64,000 nucleotides of DNA from a virus. Numbering within the stretch: the stretch's first letter is position 1; each line of letters begins with the position of its first letter. The notes beneath the pieces were generated by a model, which saw only the letters and a list, made by a program, of their open reading frames with translations, was not told the origin of the DNA and did no database searches. Of this stretch, positions 20,572 through 28,150 are shown one piece after another. The DNA is taken from IMG/VR virus record IMGVR_UViG_3300028423_000356, positions 71,503-135,502 of that record. One strand, 5' to 3'. The position numbers were made by a program, and so were the translations under genes.

Positions 20572-20646
20572 GTCCCCATCGTCTAGTGGTTAGGACACCA
20601 CCCTTTCAAGGTGAAAACACGGGTTCGAATCCCGTTGGGGATACCA
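20572..20646 (+). tRNA. tRNA-Glu(TTC)
   Basis: cacc-ctttcaa-ggtg, TTCGAA, CCA. Confidence 0.9.
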
Positions 20647-20664
20647 TAAATAAAGGAATATTAA

Positions 20665-21225
20665 ATGGAAAATGGACTTTTAAAACATGGTGGCACAGGA
20701 CACCAACATATATCAGATAAAACTATTTCATCTTGGAAAGATGTTTATGAAATAACAAAATTTAAAAGAGTTATGGAAATAGGTTTTAATGTTGGACATA
20801 GTTCATATTTAATTTTAGATAGTTTTGAAGATGTATATGTTCATTCATTTGATATCTGTAAGTTTGATAGGCAATTGACTATTGAGACATCCAATAAATT
20901 CAAAAATTATTTCAAAGAAAGATTTGATTTTACAGAGTGTGATTCTAAAAAACTATCAATAGATGATTTGAAAAAATATGAATTTGATTTTGTTTTCATT
21001 GACGGTGACCATTCTTATGATGGTGTTAAAAATGATTATGAGATTGCTAAATCCCTTGGTGTTGAATATTGTTTAATAGATGATTATAATGAAGATTTTC
21101 CCGGTATACTAAAATTCATTGAAGATGTGGATGCAAATATTGTAAAAGTTTATAATATAGATTCAATGAATAAATTAGGTGAAAAAGTTAAAAATAAAGC
21201 AATTTTAGTTAAAATTAATTCATAA
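20665..21225 (+). CDS. class I SAM-dependent methyltransferase (Methyltransf_24-like)
   Basis: MEIGFNVGHSS, FVFIDGDHSYDGVKND, IDD. Confidence 0.8.
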   Translation: MENGLLKHGGTGHQHISDKTISSWKDVYEITKFKRVMEIGFNVGHSSYLILDSFEDVYVHSFDICKFDRQLTIETSNKFKNYFKERFDFTECDSKKLSIDDLKKYEFDFVFIDGDHSYDGVKNDYEIAKSLGVEYCLIDDYNEDFPGILKFIEDVDANIVKVYNIDSMNKLGEKVKNKAILVKINS

Positions 21226-21279
21226 TACTATTGACTTTTGATATTTTATATACTACTTATATAAAAGAAGGAGATTGTT

Positions 21280-21543
21280 ATGGAATTAATTTTAAATATT
21301 TTTGTATATGGTGTTATATTAATATCCTTTTGGATTTTAACACTTGTAATTATTAATATGATTGAAAGATATTTTATTGCAGATGGTAGTGAATACTTAT
21401 CTAACATATTCGTTTACGTGACTATAATACTACCAATAAACATAATATCGTTTTTTGTGATATTTATAATTGGGTTTATTGGATTAATAATAATGATTTT
21501 AATATTATTATATGACATTATTAAAGAAAAAGTATATAAATAA
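21280..21543 (+). CDS. small membrane protein
   Basis: Hydrophobic helices; promoter-like 21231..21258 and aggag RBS. Confidence 0.6.
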   Translation: MELILNIFVYGVILISFWILTLVIINMIERYFIADGSEYLSNIFVYVTIILPINIISFFVIFIIGFIGLIIMILILLYDIIKEKVYK

Positions 21544-21561
21544 AAGACATTTAAATAAAAT

Positions 21562-21637
21562 GCTCCTATAGCTCAGTTGGTAGAGCGACTGATTTGTAAT
21601 CAGTAGGTCTGTGGTTCGAACCCGCATGGGAGCACCA
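21562..21637 (+). tRNA. tRNA-Thr(TGT)
   Basis: actga-tttgtaa-tcagt, CCA. Confidence 0.92.
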
Positions 21638-21641
21638 AATT

Positions 21642-21734
21642 GGAAAGGTGGCAGAGTCTGGCTTATTGCAACGGTCTTGAAAACCGTCGAACGTTAATAG
21701 CGTTCCGTGGGTTCAAATCCCACCCTTTCCGCCA
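21642..21734 (+). tRNA. tRNA-Ser(TGA)
   Basis: acggt-cttgaaa-accgt, long variable arm, CCA. Confidence 0.92.
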
Positions 21735-21758
21735 CAAAATAATTTAAGGAATTCAGAT

Positions 21759-21878
21759 ATGGATAAAAATAATTGGGTTAAGGAACATATTCGCAACCAA
21801 AGTTCTTTTAAGGGTTTCTTAATTGTATATGTAATAATTATGGGTGTATTTTTATTATCAGCACTCACTATAACTTAA
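21759..21878 (+). CDS. 39 aa single-TM peptide
   Basis: MDKNNWVKEHIRNQSSFKGFLIVYVIIMGVFLLSALTIT; aagg RBS. Confidence 0.4.
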   Translation: MDKNNWVKEHIRNQSSFKGFLIVYVIIMGVFLLSALTIT

Positions 21879-21901
21879 TATAAAAAAACGGAGAATATAT
21901 T

Positions 21902-22033
21902 ATGAAATTTACAGAATTGTTTTTTAATTCATTATTAAAATATTTCAATAGAAATGAAAAAAACGAAACATATTATTCTGAATGTGATTTAGGGGGTATG
22001 TCTAGTCCTAGTGACAAAGATTATGAAATATAG
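21902..22033 (+). CDS. 43 aa hypothetical peptide
   Basis: ggag RBS; MKFTELFFNSLLKYF... Confidence 0.4.
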   Translation: MKFTELFFNSLLKYFNRNEKNETYYSECDLGGMSSPSDKDYEI

Positions 22034-22106
22034 GGGTGTAGCTCAGTGGTAGAGCAGGAGTCTCCAAAACTTCGTGTCGGGGGTTCGATTCCCTCCACCC
22101 CTGCCA
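22032..22106 (+). tRNA. tRNA-Trp(CCA)
   Basis: ggagt-ctccaaa-acttc, CCA. Confidence 0.9.
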
Positions 22107-22111
22107 ATCAT

Positions 22112-22188
22112 CTTGGTGTAGCTTAGTCTGGTAAAGCACTTGGTTTGGGACCAAGGGACCGTAGGTTCGAATCCTACCACCAAGACCA
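22112..22188 (+). tRNA. tRNA-Pro(TGG)
   Basis: cttgg-tttggga-ccaag, CCA. Confidence 0.92.
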
Positions 22189-22224
22189 ATTTAAATTGTA
22201 TATATAATTAAAAATGGATTTTAA

Positions 22225-22701
22225 ATGTTTACAAATAATCAAATTAATGAAATTGTTGAACTATTAATACAATGTGATAAAAACACTAAGGTTTATTTGG
22301 GATGTGATTCTATAAGGTATTTTGTAAATAATGAAACTTGGGCAAGATATGCAACAGTTGCTATCATACATAAAAATGGTAAAAACGGTTGTAGAATATT
22401 TTCTAATATATCAAAACAAAGAGATTTTGACCCGAAACCAAATAAACCACGTATGAGAATGTTAAATGAAGTTCAAAATGTTTGTAATCTTTATTTGCAA
22501 CTAAAACCATTTATTTCTGAATTTAATATAGAAATTCACTTAGACATTAATACTGACCCTAAACATGGTTCATCTTGTGTTGTTAATGAAGCAGCGGGAT
22601 ACGTATTGGGTATGACAGGTGTTGAACCAAAATATAAACCCGATAGTTGGGCAGCAAGTTTTGGTGCTGATGGTGTTGTGCATGGTAGAATGGGAAAATG
22701 A
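22225..22701 (+). CDS. RNase H-like YkuK/DUF458 protein
   Basis: VYLGCDS, RMLNEV, EIHLDIN, KPDSWAASFGAD. Confidence 0.75.
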   Translation: MFTNNQINEIVELLIQCDKNTKVYLGCDSIRYFVNNETWARYATVAIIHKNGKNGCRIFSNISKQRDFDPKPNKPRMRMLNEVQNVCNLYLQLKPFISEFNIEIHLDINTDPKHGSSCVVNEAAGYVLGMTGVEPKYKPDSWAASFGADGVVHGRMGK

Positions 22702-22716
22702 AGTGAAATTAATAGG

Positions 22717-23607
22717 ATGTGTATTATGAATGATAAATTTAAATCAATTAAAACACCTTTAAGATATCCTGGTGGAAAATCTAGGGCAACAGAAAAAATG
22801 TCAAAGTTTCTACCTAATATGAACGATTATGTTTCATATAATGAAGCATTTTTGGGTGGTGGTTCATTTGCAATTTGGATGACTAAAAAATACCCTCATT
22901 TAAAAATAAATGTGAATGACTTATATGAACCCCTATATAACTTTTGGGTTCAATTACGTGATAACGGGAATGATATGTCTGAAGAACTTTTAAGACTTAA
23001 AAATAAAAATCCTGAACCCACATCTGCTAAAAAATTATTTTTAGAATCAAAAGAATATGTTAATGATACTACTCTTGATGATTTTCAGAGAGCGGTGAGA
23101 TTTTATATTGTTAATAAATGTTCATTTTCTGGATTAACTGAATCTTCTTCATTTAGTAAAGGTGCAAGTGAAAGTAATTTTTCTATTAGGGGTATAGAAA
23201 ATTTAAAGTTATATTCTGTGTTAATAAAGGATTGGAATATAACTAATAATTCTTATGAAACTATGTTGAGTAATTACACCGAAACATTTGTTTATCTTGA
23301 TCCTCCATATGATATAAAAGATAATTTGTATGGTAAAAAGGGTAATATGCATAATGGATTTAGTCACGATGAATTTGCAAAAACGTGTGATATATTCAAA
23401 TGTCATCAAATGATTTCATATAATAATTCACAACTTGTTAAAGATAGATTTAAAGGTTGGAATACTGGACTTTTTGATTTAACGTATACTATGCGTTCAG
23501 TCGGTGATTATATGAATAATCAGAAAGACAGGAAAGAATTATTATTATTAAATTATAATACTAATAATCAAAATGGAAACTCTCTTGAATCTTTTTTTGG
23601 TGATTGA
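22717..23607 (+). CDS. Dam-like N6-adenine methyltransferase (D12)
   Basis: TPLRYPGGKS, EAFLGGGS, YLDPPY, MISYN. Confidence 0.9.
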   Translation: MCIMNDKFKSIKTPLRYPGGKSRATEKMSKFLPNMNDYVSYNEAFLGGGSFAIWMTKKYPHLKINVNDLYEPLYNFWVQLRDNGNDMSEELLRLKNKNPEPTSAKKLFLESKEYVNDTTLDDFQRAVRFYIVNKCSFSGLTESSSFSKGASESNFSIRGIENLKLYSVLIKDWNITNNSYETMLSNYTETFVYLDPPYDIKDNLYGKKGNMHNGFSHDEFAKTCDIFKCHQMISYNNSQLVKDRFKGWNTGLFDLTYTMRSVGDYMNNQKDRKELLLLNYNTNNQNGNSLESFFGD

Positions 23608-23608
23608 T

Positions 23609-23890
23609 ATGAATATTATGAAAATTAGTGACATACACAAATATAGAAATTATAGAAGTGTTATAGATTTACATGGGTATACTATTCATCAAGGATGGGA
23701 AAAATTTAATGAAACAATTAACAATTGTTATTTAAATGGACAGAATAAAATAGTAGTTATTACAGGACAAGGTTTAATGATGAGAGAATTTCCTGTTTGG
23801 TGTGATAATCATTATTATGTTAAAAGTTGTAATCAAAGTAAAAATAATCCAGGTAGTTTCACTTTGAAATTAAAAAAGAAAAAAATATAA
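23609..23890 (+). CDS. stand-alone Smr domain nuclease
   Basis: IDLHG, VVITGQG, NPGSF motifs. Confidence 0.8.
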   Translation: MNIMKISDIHKYRNYRSVIDLHGYTIHQGWEKFNETINNCYLNGQNKIVVITGQGLMMREFPVWCDNHYYVKSCNQSKNNPGSFTLKLKKKKI

Positions 23891-23901
23891 ATAGATATGA
23901 T

Positions 23902-23984
23902 GCGTCTGTGATGGAATTGGTAGACATGCTAGATTTAGATTCTAGTGCTTCGGCGTGAGAGTTCGAGTCTCTCCAGACGCACCA
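23902..23984 (+). tRNA. tRNA-Leu(TAG)
   Basis: ctaga-tttagat-tctag, variable arm, CCA; late promoter at 23886. Confidence 0.9.
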
Positions 23985-24000
23985 AATCAATATAAAATAA

Positions 24001-24075
24001 GGACAGGTGGCGGAGTGGTGACGCAACGGATTGCAAATCCGTATTACATGGGTTCGAATCCCATTCTGTCCTCCA
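24001..24075 (+). tRNA. tRNA-Cys(GCA)
   Basis: acgga-ttgcaaa-tccgt, U73 CCA. Confidence 0.9.
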
Positions 24076-24149
24076 ATAATCAACAAAAAATAAAAAAAAA
24101 AACTATTGACTTTTTTTTCAAGTCAATCTATATCAATTTATAATACAAT

Positions 24150-25034
24150 ATGGAGAATGTGATGATAAAATTAAAAGCAACAGATTATGAAACTTTAATA
24201 GTTATGGGTTGGTATTTAATAAATGACTTGGAAATAGATTTTGATAAATCAAATATAAAGAAAAGTTTATATGATGTTTTAATTCAAGATGATGATGTTT
24301 TACAGATTGGTAAAAACATTGCATATAAAATAAAAACAGAATTAAATATGAATGGTGATGAGGATGCTAAACTTTTAAGTAGAAATAATAAATCACCCCT
24401 GACTGAATTTTGGATTTCATATGGTGCAGTAAATACAACTTCTAAAACTGATGTGCTTATTGGTGATAAAAGAATATCTGTTAAAATGGGTGATTCTCAA
24501 CTTATGTCTGGTGGTAAAAATGAATCCATTGCAACTTTTCATGCTGCAGTGAATAAGTCAAATACTATTCTAACACCACAATATTATAAAACATTAGACA
24601 TCATGAATAGATTTGTGACGAGTAATCTTGCACCCACAAAAGTAAATGTTATATTAAAAAAAGGTGATGATGATATTATTAATGATGCTGAAAAAGCACA
24701 TAAAGAAATTATGTTTGAATTAGGTAAAATATTTGATGACAATGAGAAATTTAGAATAGAATTTGCTCGTGAAGCAATGTCTGGATTAATGAAATATGGA
24801 GAAGAATCTAATTCAACAGCAGAGTATATATTAGTATCAGATTATGTTGGTGAACATATACAGATAAATTCAATATATGATAATGATTTTTGTAATAAAG
24901 TGTCAAAAAATATGAAATTACAATGTAGATTTAAATCGTCTGGTAGAGTAATTAAAAAGAAAAAGACTGGTGAATATAACTATTGGTCTGTAATATCATT
25001 AATTACACAACATAAATTAGAAGAAATAATATAA
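24150..25034 (+). CDS. putative PD-(D/E)XK-like endonuclease
   Basis: SKTDVLIG..RISVKMG..QLMSG motif. Confidence 0.45.
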   Translation: MENVMIKLKATDYETLIVMGWYLINDLEIDFDKSNIKKSLYDVLIQDDDVLQIGKNIAYKIKTELNMNGDEDAKLLSRNNKSPLTEFWISYGAVNTTSKTDVLIGDKRISVKMGDSQLMSGGKNESIATFHAAVNKSNTILTPQYYKTLDIMNRFVTSNLAPTKVNVILKKGDDDIINDAEKAHKEIMFELGKIFDDNEKFRIEFAREAMSGLMKYGEESNSTAEYILVSDYVGEHIQINSIYDNDFCNKVSKNMKLQCRFKSSGRVIKKKKTGEYNYWSVISLITQHKLEEII

Positions 25035-25076
25035 ATAAAATAAAATAATGGATAAAGGAATATAAAAAATGAAAAT

Positions 25077-25152
25077 GCGAGATTAGCTCAGTTGGTAGAG
25101 CAGGTCGTTTACACCGATCAGGTCGGGGGTTCAAATCCTCCATCTCGCACCA
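25077..25152 (+). tRNA. tRNA-Val(TAC)
   Basis: ggtcg-tttacac-cgatc, CCA. Confidence 0.9.
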
Positions 25153-25156
25153 TAAA

Positions 25157-25232
25157 GGGACTATAGCTCAGTTGGTAGAGCACTCCCCTGATAAGGGAAA
25201 GGTCAGTGGTTCAAGTCCACTTAGTCCCACCA
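25157..25232 (+). tRNA. tRNA-Ile(GAT)
   Basis: tccc-ctgataa-ggga, CCA. Confidence 0.9.
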
Positions 25233-25255
25233 TCAAAAAAATAAAAGGAAATATT

Positions 25256-25636
25256 ATGAGTATAATGAGAGTGATAGAAATGATTATTGCATGTGCAATT
25301 ATGGTAGTGTTTGGTAGTGCAATTTTGGCATTCTTCGTGGGTCTTGGGACACACAACGGGATGGTAGGATTGGATACTACAATATCTAATCTTTTCTGGA
25401 AGTACCTTACTATCGCTGGATGGGGTCTTGGGGGTGCACTTTTTGTCGGCATAATGCGTGAAGTAACCGCGGGCATTGCACCCATATTCAGAAAAGAACG
25501 AGTATATGGTATGACATGTGAAGAACTTGAAGAAGAAGTAAGAGAAAAAGAAGAAGAACAAAAAAACAAGGTAAGAGAACCATCCAAATATGAAAAAATT
25601 ATTATGGAATATAATGAAAAAAATAATTTAAAATAA
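25256..25636 (+). CDS. two-TM membrane protein
   Basis: aagga RBS before ATG 25256; two hydrophobic helices, charged tail. Confidence 0.6.
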   Translation: MSIMRVIEMIIACAIMVVFGSAILAFFVGLGTHNGMVGLDTTISNLFWKYLTIAGWGLGGALFVGIMREVTAGIAPIFRKERVYGMTCEELEEEVREKEEEQKNKVREPSKYEKIIMEYNEKNNLK

Positions 25637-25650
25637 TAGTGATTAAACTA

Positions 25651-25678
25651 TTGACAAAGTGTATGATATATACTATAT
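25651..25678 (+). promoter_or_regulatory. sigma70-type promoter
   Basis: TTGAC-N17-CTATAT. Confidence 0.75.
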
Positions 25679-25709
25679 AATACATATAACATTATAAAGT
25701 GAAAGGAAT

Positions 25710-25922
25710 ATGATGAATAATAATGTAAAAATATACTGTGAAGATTTTGATAAACCAATGAATGGTAAAGTAGTATCTGAAAGTAACCATAGATTGGAAG
25801 TGAGTTTAAATGATGGTGGAGAACCAATTTTATTTTATAAAGTTGGTAAAAACACTTTTCTATGTAATAAAGGTGGATATGACTTCACAATTAGAAGAAA
25901 GGTTTTAACTAATGTTAAATGA
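25710..25922 (+). CDS. hypothetical protein (paralog of next gene)
   Basis: VKIYC..PILFYK..NTFLCNK. Confidence 0.6.
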   Translation: MMNNNVKIYCEDFDKPMNGKVVSESNHRLEVSLNDGGEPILFYKVGKNTFLCNKGGYDFTIRRKVLTNVK

Positions 25923-26115
25923 AATTTATAACCCTATAGTTAAAGTTTATTGCACTCAATGGGGTTCTTCTGTAGAAGGTCAGTTAGTTCATGATGAAGG
26001 TGATAGACTTTTTGTTAAAATAGATGAATTTAGACGACCTATTGTGTTTTATAAAACAAAAACAAACACATTTGTATGTAATAAGGCAATGATGGAATTA
26101 GTCATTACATTATAA
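25912..26115 (+). CDS. hypothetical protein (paralog of previous gene)
   Basis: VKVYC..PIVFYK..NTFVCNK. Confidence 0.6.
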   Translation: MLNEIYNPIVKVYCTQWGSSVEGQLVHDEGDRLFVKIDEFRRPIVFYKTKTNTFVCNKAMMELVITL

Positions 26116-26123
26116 TAATAATT

Positions 26124-26199
26124 GCGGGTGTAGCTCAGTTGGTAGAGCATCTGATTGCCATTCAGAAGGTCGGGAGTTCGAACCTCCTTGCCCGCTCCA
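26124..26199 (+). tRNA. tRNA-Gly(GCC)
   Basis: tctga-ttgccat-tcaga, U73 CCA. Confidence 0.9.
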
Positions 26200-26219
26200 T
26201 AATATAAAGGAATAATAAT

Positions 26220-26897
26220 ATGGTAATTTGTGACAAATACAATTTTACTTTTTTACGTCTTCCAAAAAATGCAAGTTCTTCACTTTCTGAATTTTTTATA
26301 AAGAATTTTTGTAGTAAAGAAGATGTATGGACAGAGGTTAATGATTGTGGTATAAAGTCTAACAACGTTGACCCCAAAATAATTCAAAAATATAGAGAGG
26401 AGTATAGGTTTATACACCTTACTTTAGAAGAATTAGTTAACAATAATTTATTAACAGTTGAACAAGCACACAATAAAAACAATATTGCCGTTTTAAGAAA
26501 TCCAATTGAAAGACAACTTAGTTTGTTTTTCTTCTTAAATAAAAGACCTAAACATAGAAAAGGAACTTCAGTAGAAGAATTTAGAGAAACTTTTAAATAT
26601 GGTCATCATATAACTGATCCATCAAATAAAATACTTCAAACTGATTATGTAAAAGTTAACAATCAAGATTTAGGTAATTGGTGGTTATATGAAAATCTTA
26701 ATAATCATATTAATGATTTTGTGAATAATAATAATGTTGAAATAAAAAGTGATTTAAAGAGATTTAAATCAATAAACAAAGCAAACAAATCAGACATTAT
26801 TGATGAATATTATGATAAGAAAACAATGGATGCTGTTTTGAAGTATTATGAAAAAGACTTTGAAAAGTATTATGAACTTAAAAGTAAATATGAATAA
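26220..26897 (+). CDS. sulfotransferase family 2 protein
   Basis: FLRLPKNASSS (5'-PSB), VLRNPIERQLS (3'-PB), YEKDF. Confidence 0.75.
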   Translation: MVICDKYNFTFLRLPKNASSSLSEFFIKNFCSKEDVWTEVNDCGIKSNNVDPKIIQKYREEYRFIHLTLEELVNNNLLTVEQAHNKNNIAVLRNPIERQLSLFFFLNKRPKHRKGTSVEEFRETFKYGHHITDPSNKILQTDYVKVNNQDLGNWWLYENLNNHINDFVNNNNVEIKSDLKRFKSINKANKSDIIDEYYDKKTMDAVLKYYEKDFEKYYELKSKYE

Positions 26898-26957
26898 TAA
26901 TCATATCAGGTATACATAAAATACATAAAAAAATGTTTATTATGTATACCATAATGT

Positions 26958-27030
26958 TATAAATAAAAGTTGTAATGCGGATAATCCGGTTACATAAAAT
27001 TAATCTTGCTAAATTAAGGAGATAAAAATG
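26958..27030 (+). promoter_or_regulatory. late promoter plus ROSE-like RNA thermometer leader
   Basis: TATAAATA 26958; hairpin 26971..26994; cUUGCU pairs with AGGAG SD leaving a bulged G. Confidence 0.6.
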
Positions 27031-27489
27031 ACAGGCATTAATAAACTATTCCCACGTGCATCATTCGTAGGATTTGACCATTTACTAAATGAATTAGACT
27101 ATGTGGCAAAACATGCAAATGATCAATACCCACCACACAATATCATAAAAACCGATGAAGACAAGTATCTTATAGAACTTGCTGTTGCTGGTTTTTCTGA
27201 AAATGAATTAGATATTGAAGTAAATGATAGAACACTTACGATTACTGGTGAACACGTATCTAAAGGTAGAGAATATATTCACAAAGGTATTTCTACCAAA
27301 AAGTTTAAAAGAACATTTAGGTTGTCAGAACACGTAAAAGTAAACGGAGCTGACTTCAAAGACGGATTATTGTCAATTGAATTGAAATACGTTGTCCCAG
27401 AAGAAATGCGTCCTCGTAAAATTAAAATTAACAAAAACGAGGATAACACAAATGAATACAATCCAACATATCTTAGAGAAGATATCTAA
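27028..27489 (+). CDS. hsp20: small heat shock protein (IbpA/Hsp20)
   Basis: YPPHNII, IELAVAGF, KFKRTFRL, DGLLSIEL, RPRKIKI. Confidence 0.95.
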   Translation: MTGINKLFPRASFVGFDHLLNELDYVAKHANDQYPPHNIIKTDEDKYLIELAVAGFSENELDIEVNDRTLTITGEHVSKGREYIHKGISTKKFKRTFRLSEHVKVNGADFKDGLLSIELKYVVPEEMRPRKIKINKNEDNTNEYNPTYLREDI

Positions 27490-27649
27490 AAATACTAAGT
27501 CTTTTTTCAATAGAGTTATTGAGGGTAGACAAAGAAAAGCAAATTTAATAATTGCTGAAATGTTACAACGTTCTGAATATAAAAACGAATCAGTTTATTA
27601 TATTCTTCGTATGATAGAAGAAGGTAGAGTGGGAGAATTGAGAAAATGA
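27452..27649 (+). CDS. small hypothetical protein
   Basis: gagga RBS; RQRKANLIIAEML.RSEYKNES. Confidence 0.55.
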   Translation: MNTIQHILEKISKNTKSFFNRVIEGRQRKANLIIAEMLQRSEYKNESVYYILRMIEEGRVGELRK

Positions 27650-27783
27650 TTTTAAGATTAATAAAATATATTTTCGAACCACTTGAAAATAAACGCCGTA
27701 GAGAAGAAGAAGAATATTTAGCAAAATCTACTGATTTAGTTGATTTGGAACAACGTCAAAGAAAATTAAATAAATATATTTAA
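27646..27783 (+). CDS. DUF3563-like small protein
   Basis: MILRLIKYIFEPLENKRRREEEEYLAKSTDLVDLEQRQRKLNKYI; not in ORF track. Confidence 0.6.
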   Translation: MILRLIKYIFEPLENKRRREEEEYLAKSTDLVDLEQRQRKLNKYI

Positions 27784-27790
27784 ACTATAA

Positions 27791-27818
27791 AATGGGGTAG
27801 ATTCTATCCCATTTTTTT
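27791..27818 (+). terminator. rho-independent terminator
   Basis: aatgggg..tcccatt stem plus T run. Confidence 0.7.
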
Positions 27819-27885
27819 ATAATTACTATTGACATTCACTATATTTTAGCCTATTATATAATTATCACAAACAAGGAGATATTAT

Positions 27886-28128
27886 ATGAGTGAATTACTA
27901 ATAACACAACATTTTTATTATGAATTTGATACTTTGGGAGAATGTTATTTTGGAAAATTTAGAGATAGTAAAACAGATGAAATGATTGTCACAATTTTTA
28001 GAACACGTGGTAAATATTTTGTTTTTGACAAGTATGAAAATGATATGGGTAATTATGATATTCTGGAAGATGCGATACATTTCACAACAGAAGAAATAAT
28101 GAAAAATTATATTAAAGAAAACACATAA
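27886..28128 (+). CDS. hypothetical protein
   Basis: Promoter at 27829 and aaggag RBS. Confidence 0.6.
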   Translation: MSELLITQHFYYEFDTLGECYFGKFRDSKTDEMIVTIFRTRGKYFVFDKYENDMGNYDILEDAIHFTTEEIMKNYIKENT

Positions 28129-28150
28129 TTAATACATAATGGAGATATGA

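Noticed and set aside
20514-20720. Listed ORFs overlapping tRNAs (also 23859, 23955, 25168, 26162 and the 5' part of 25172)
   Set aside because: They are translations of tRNA genes on either strand
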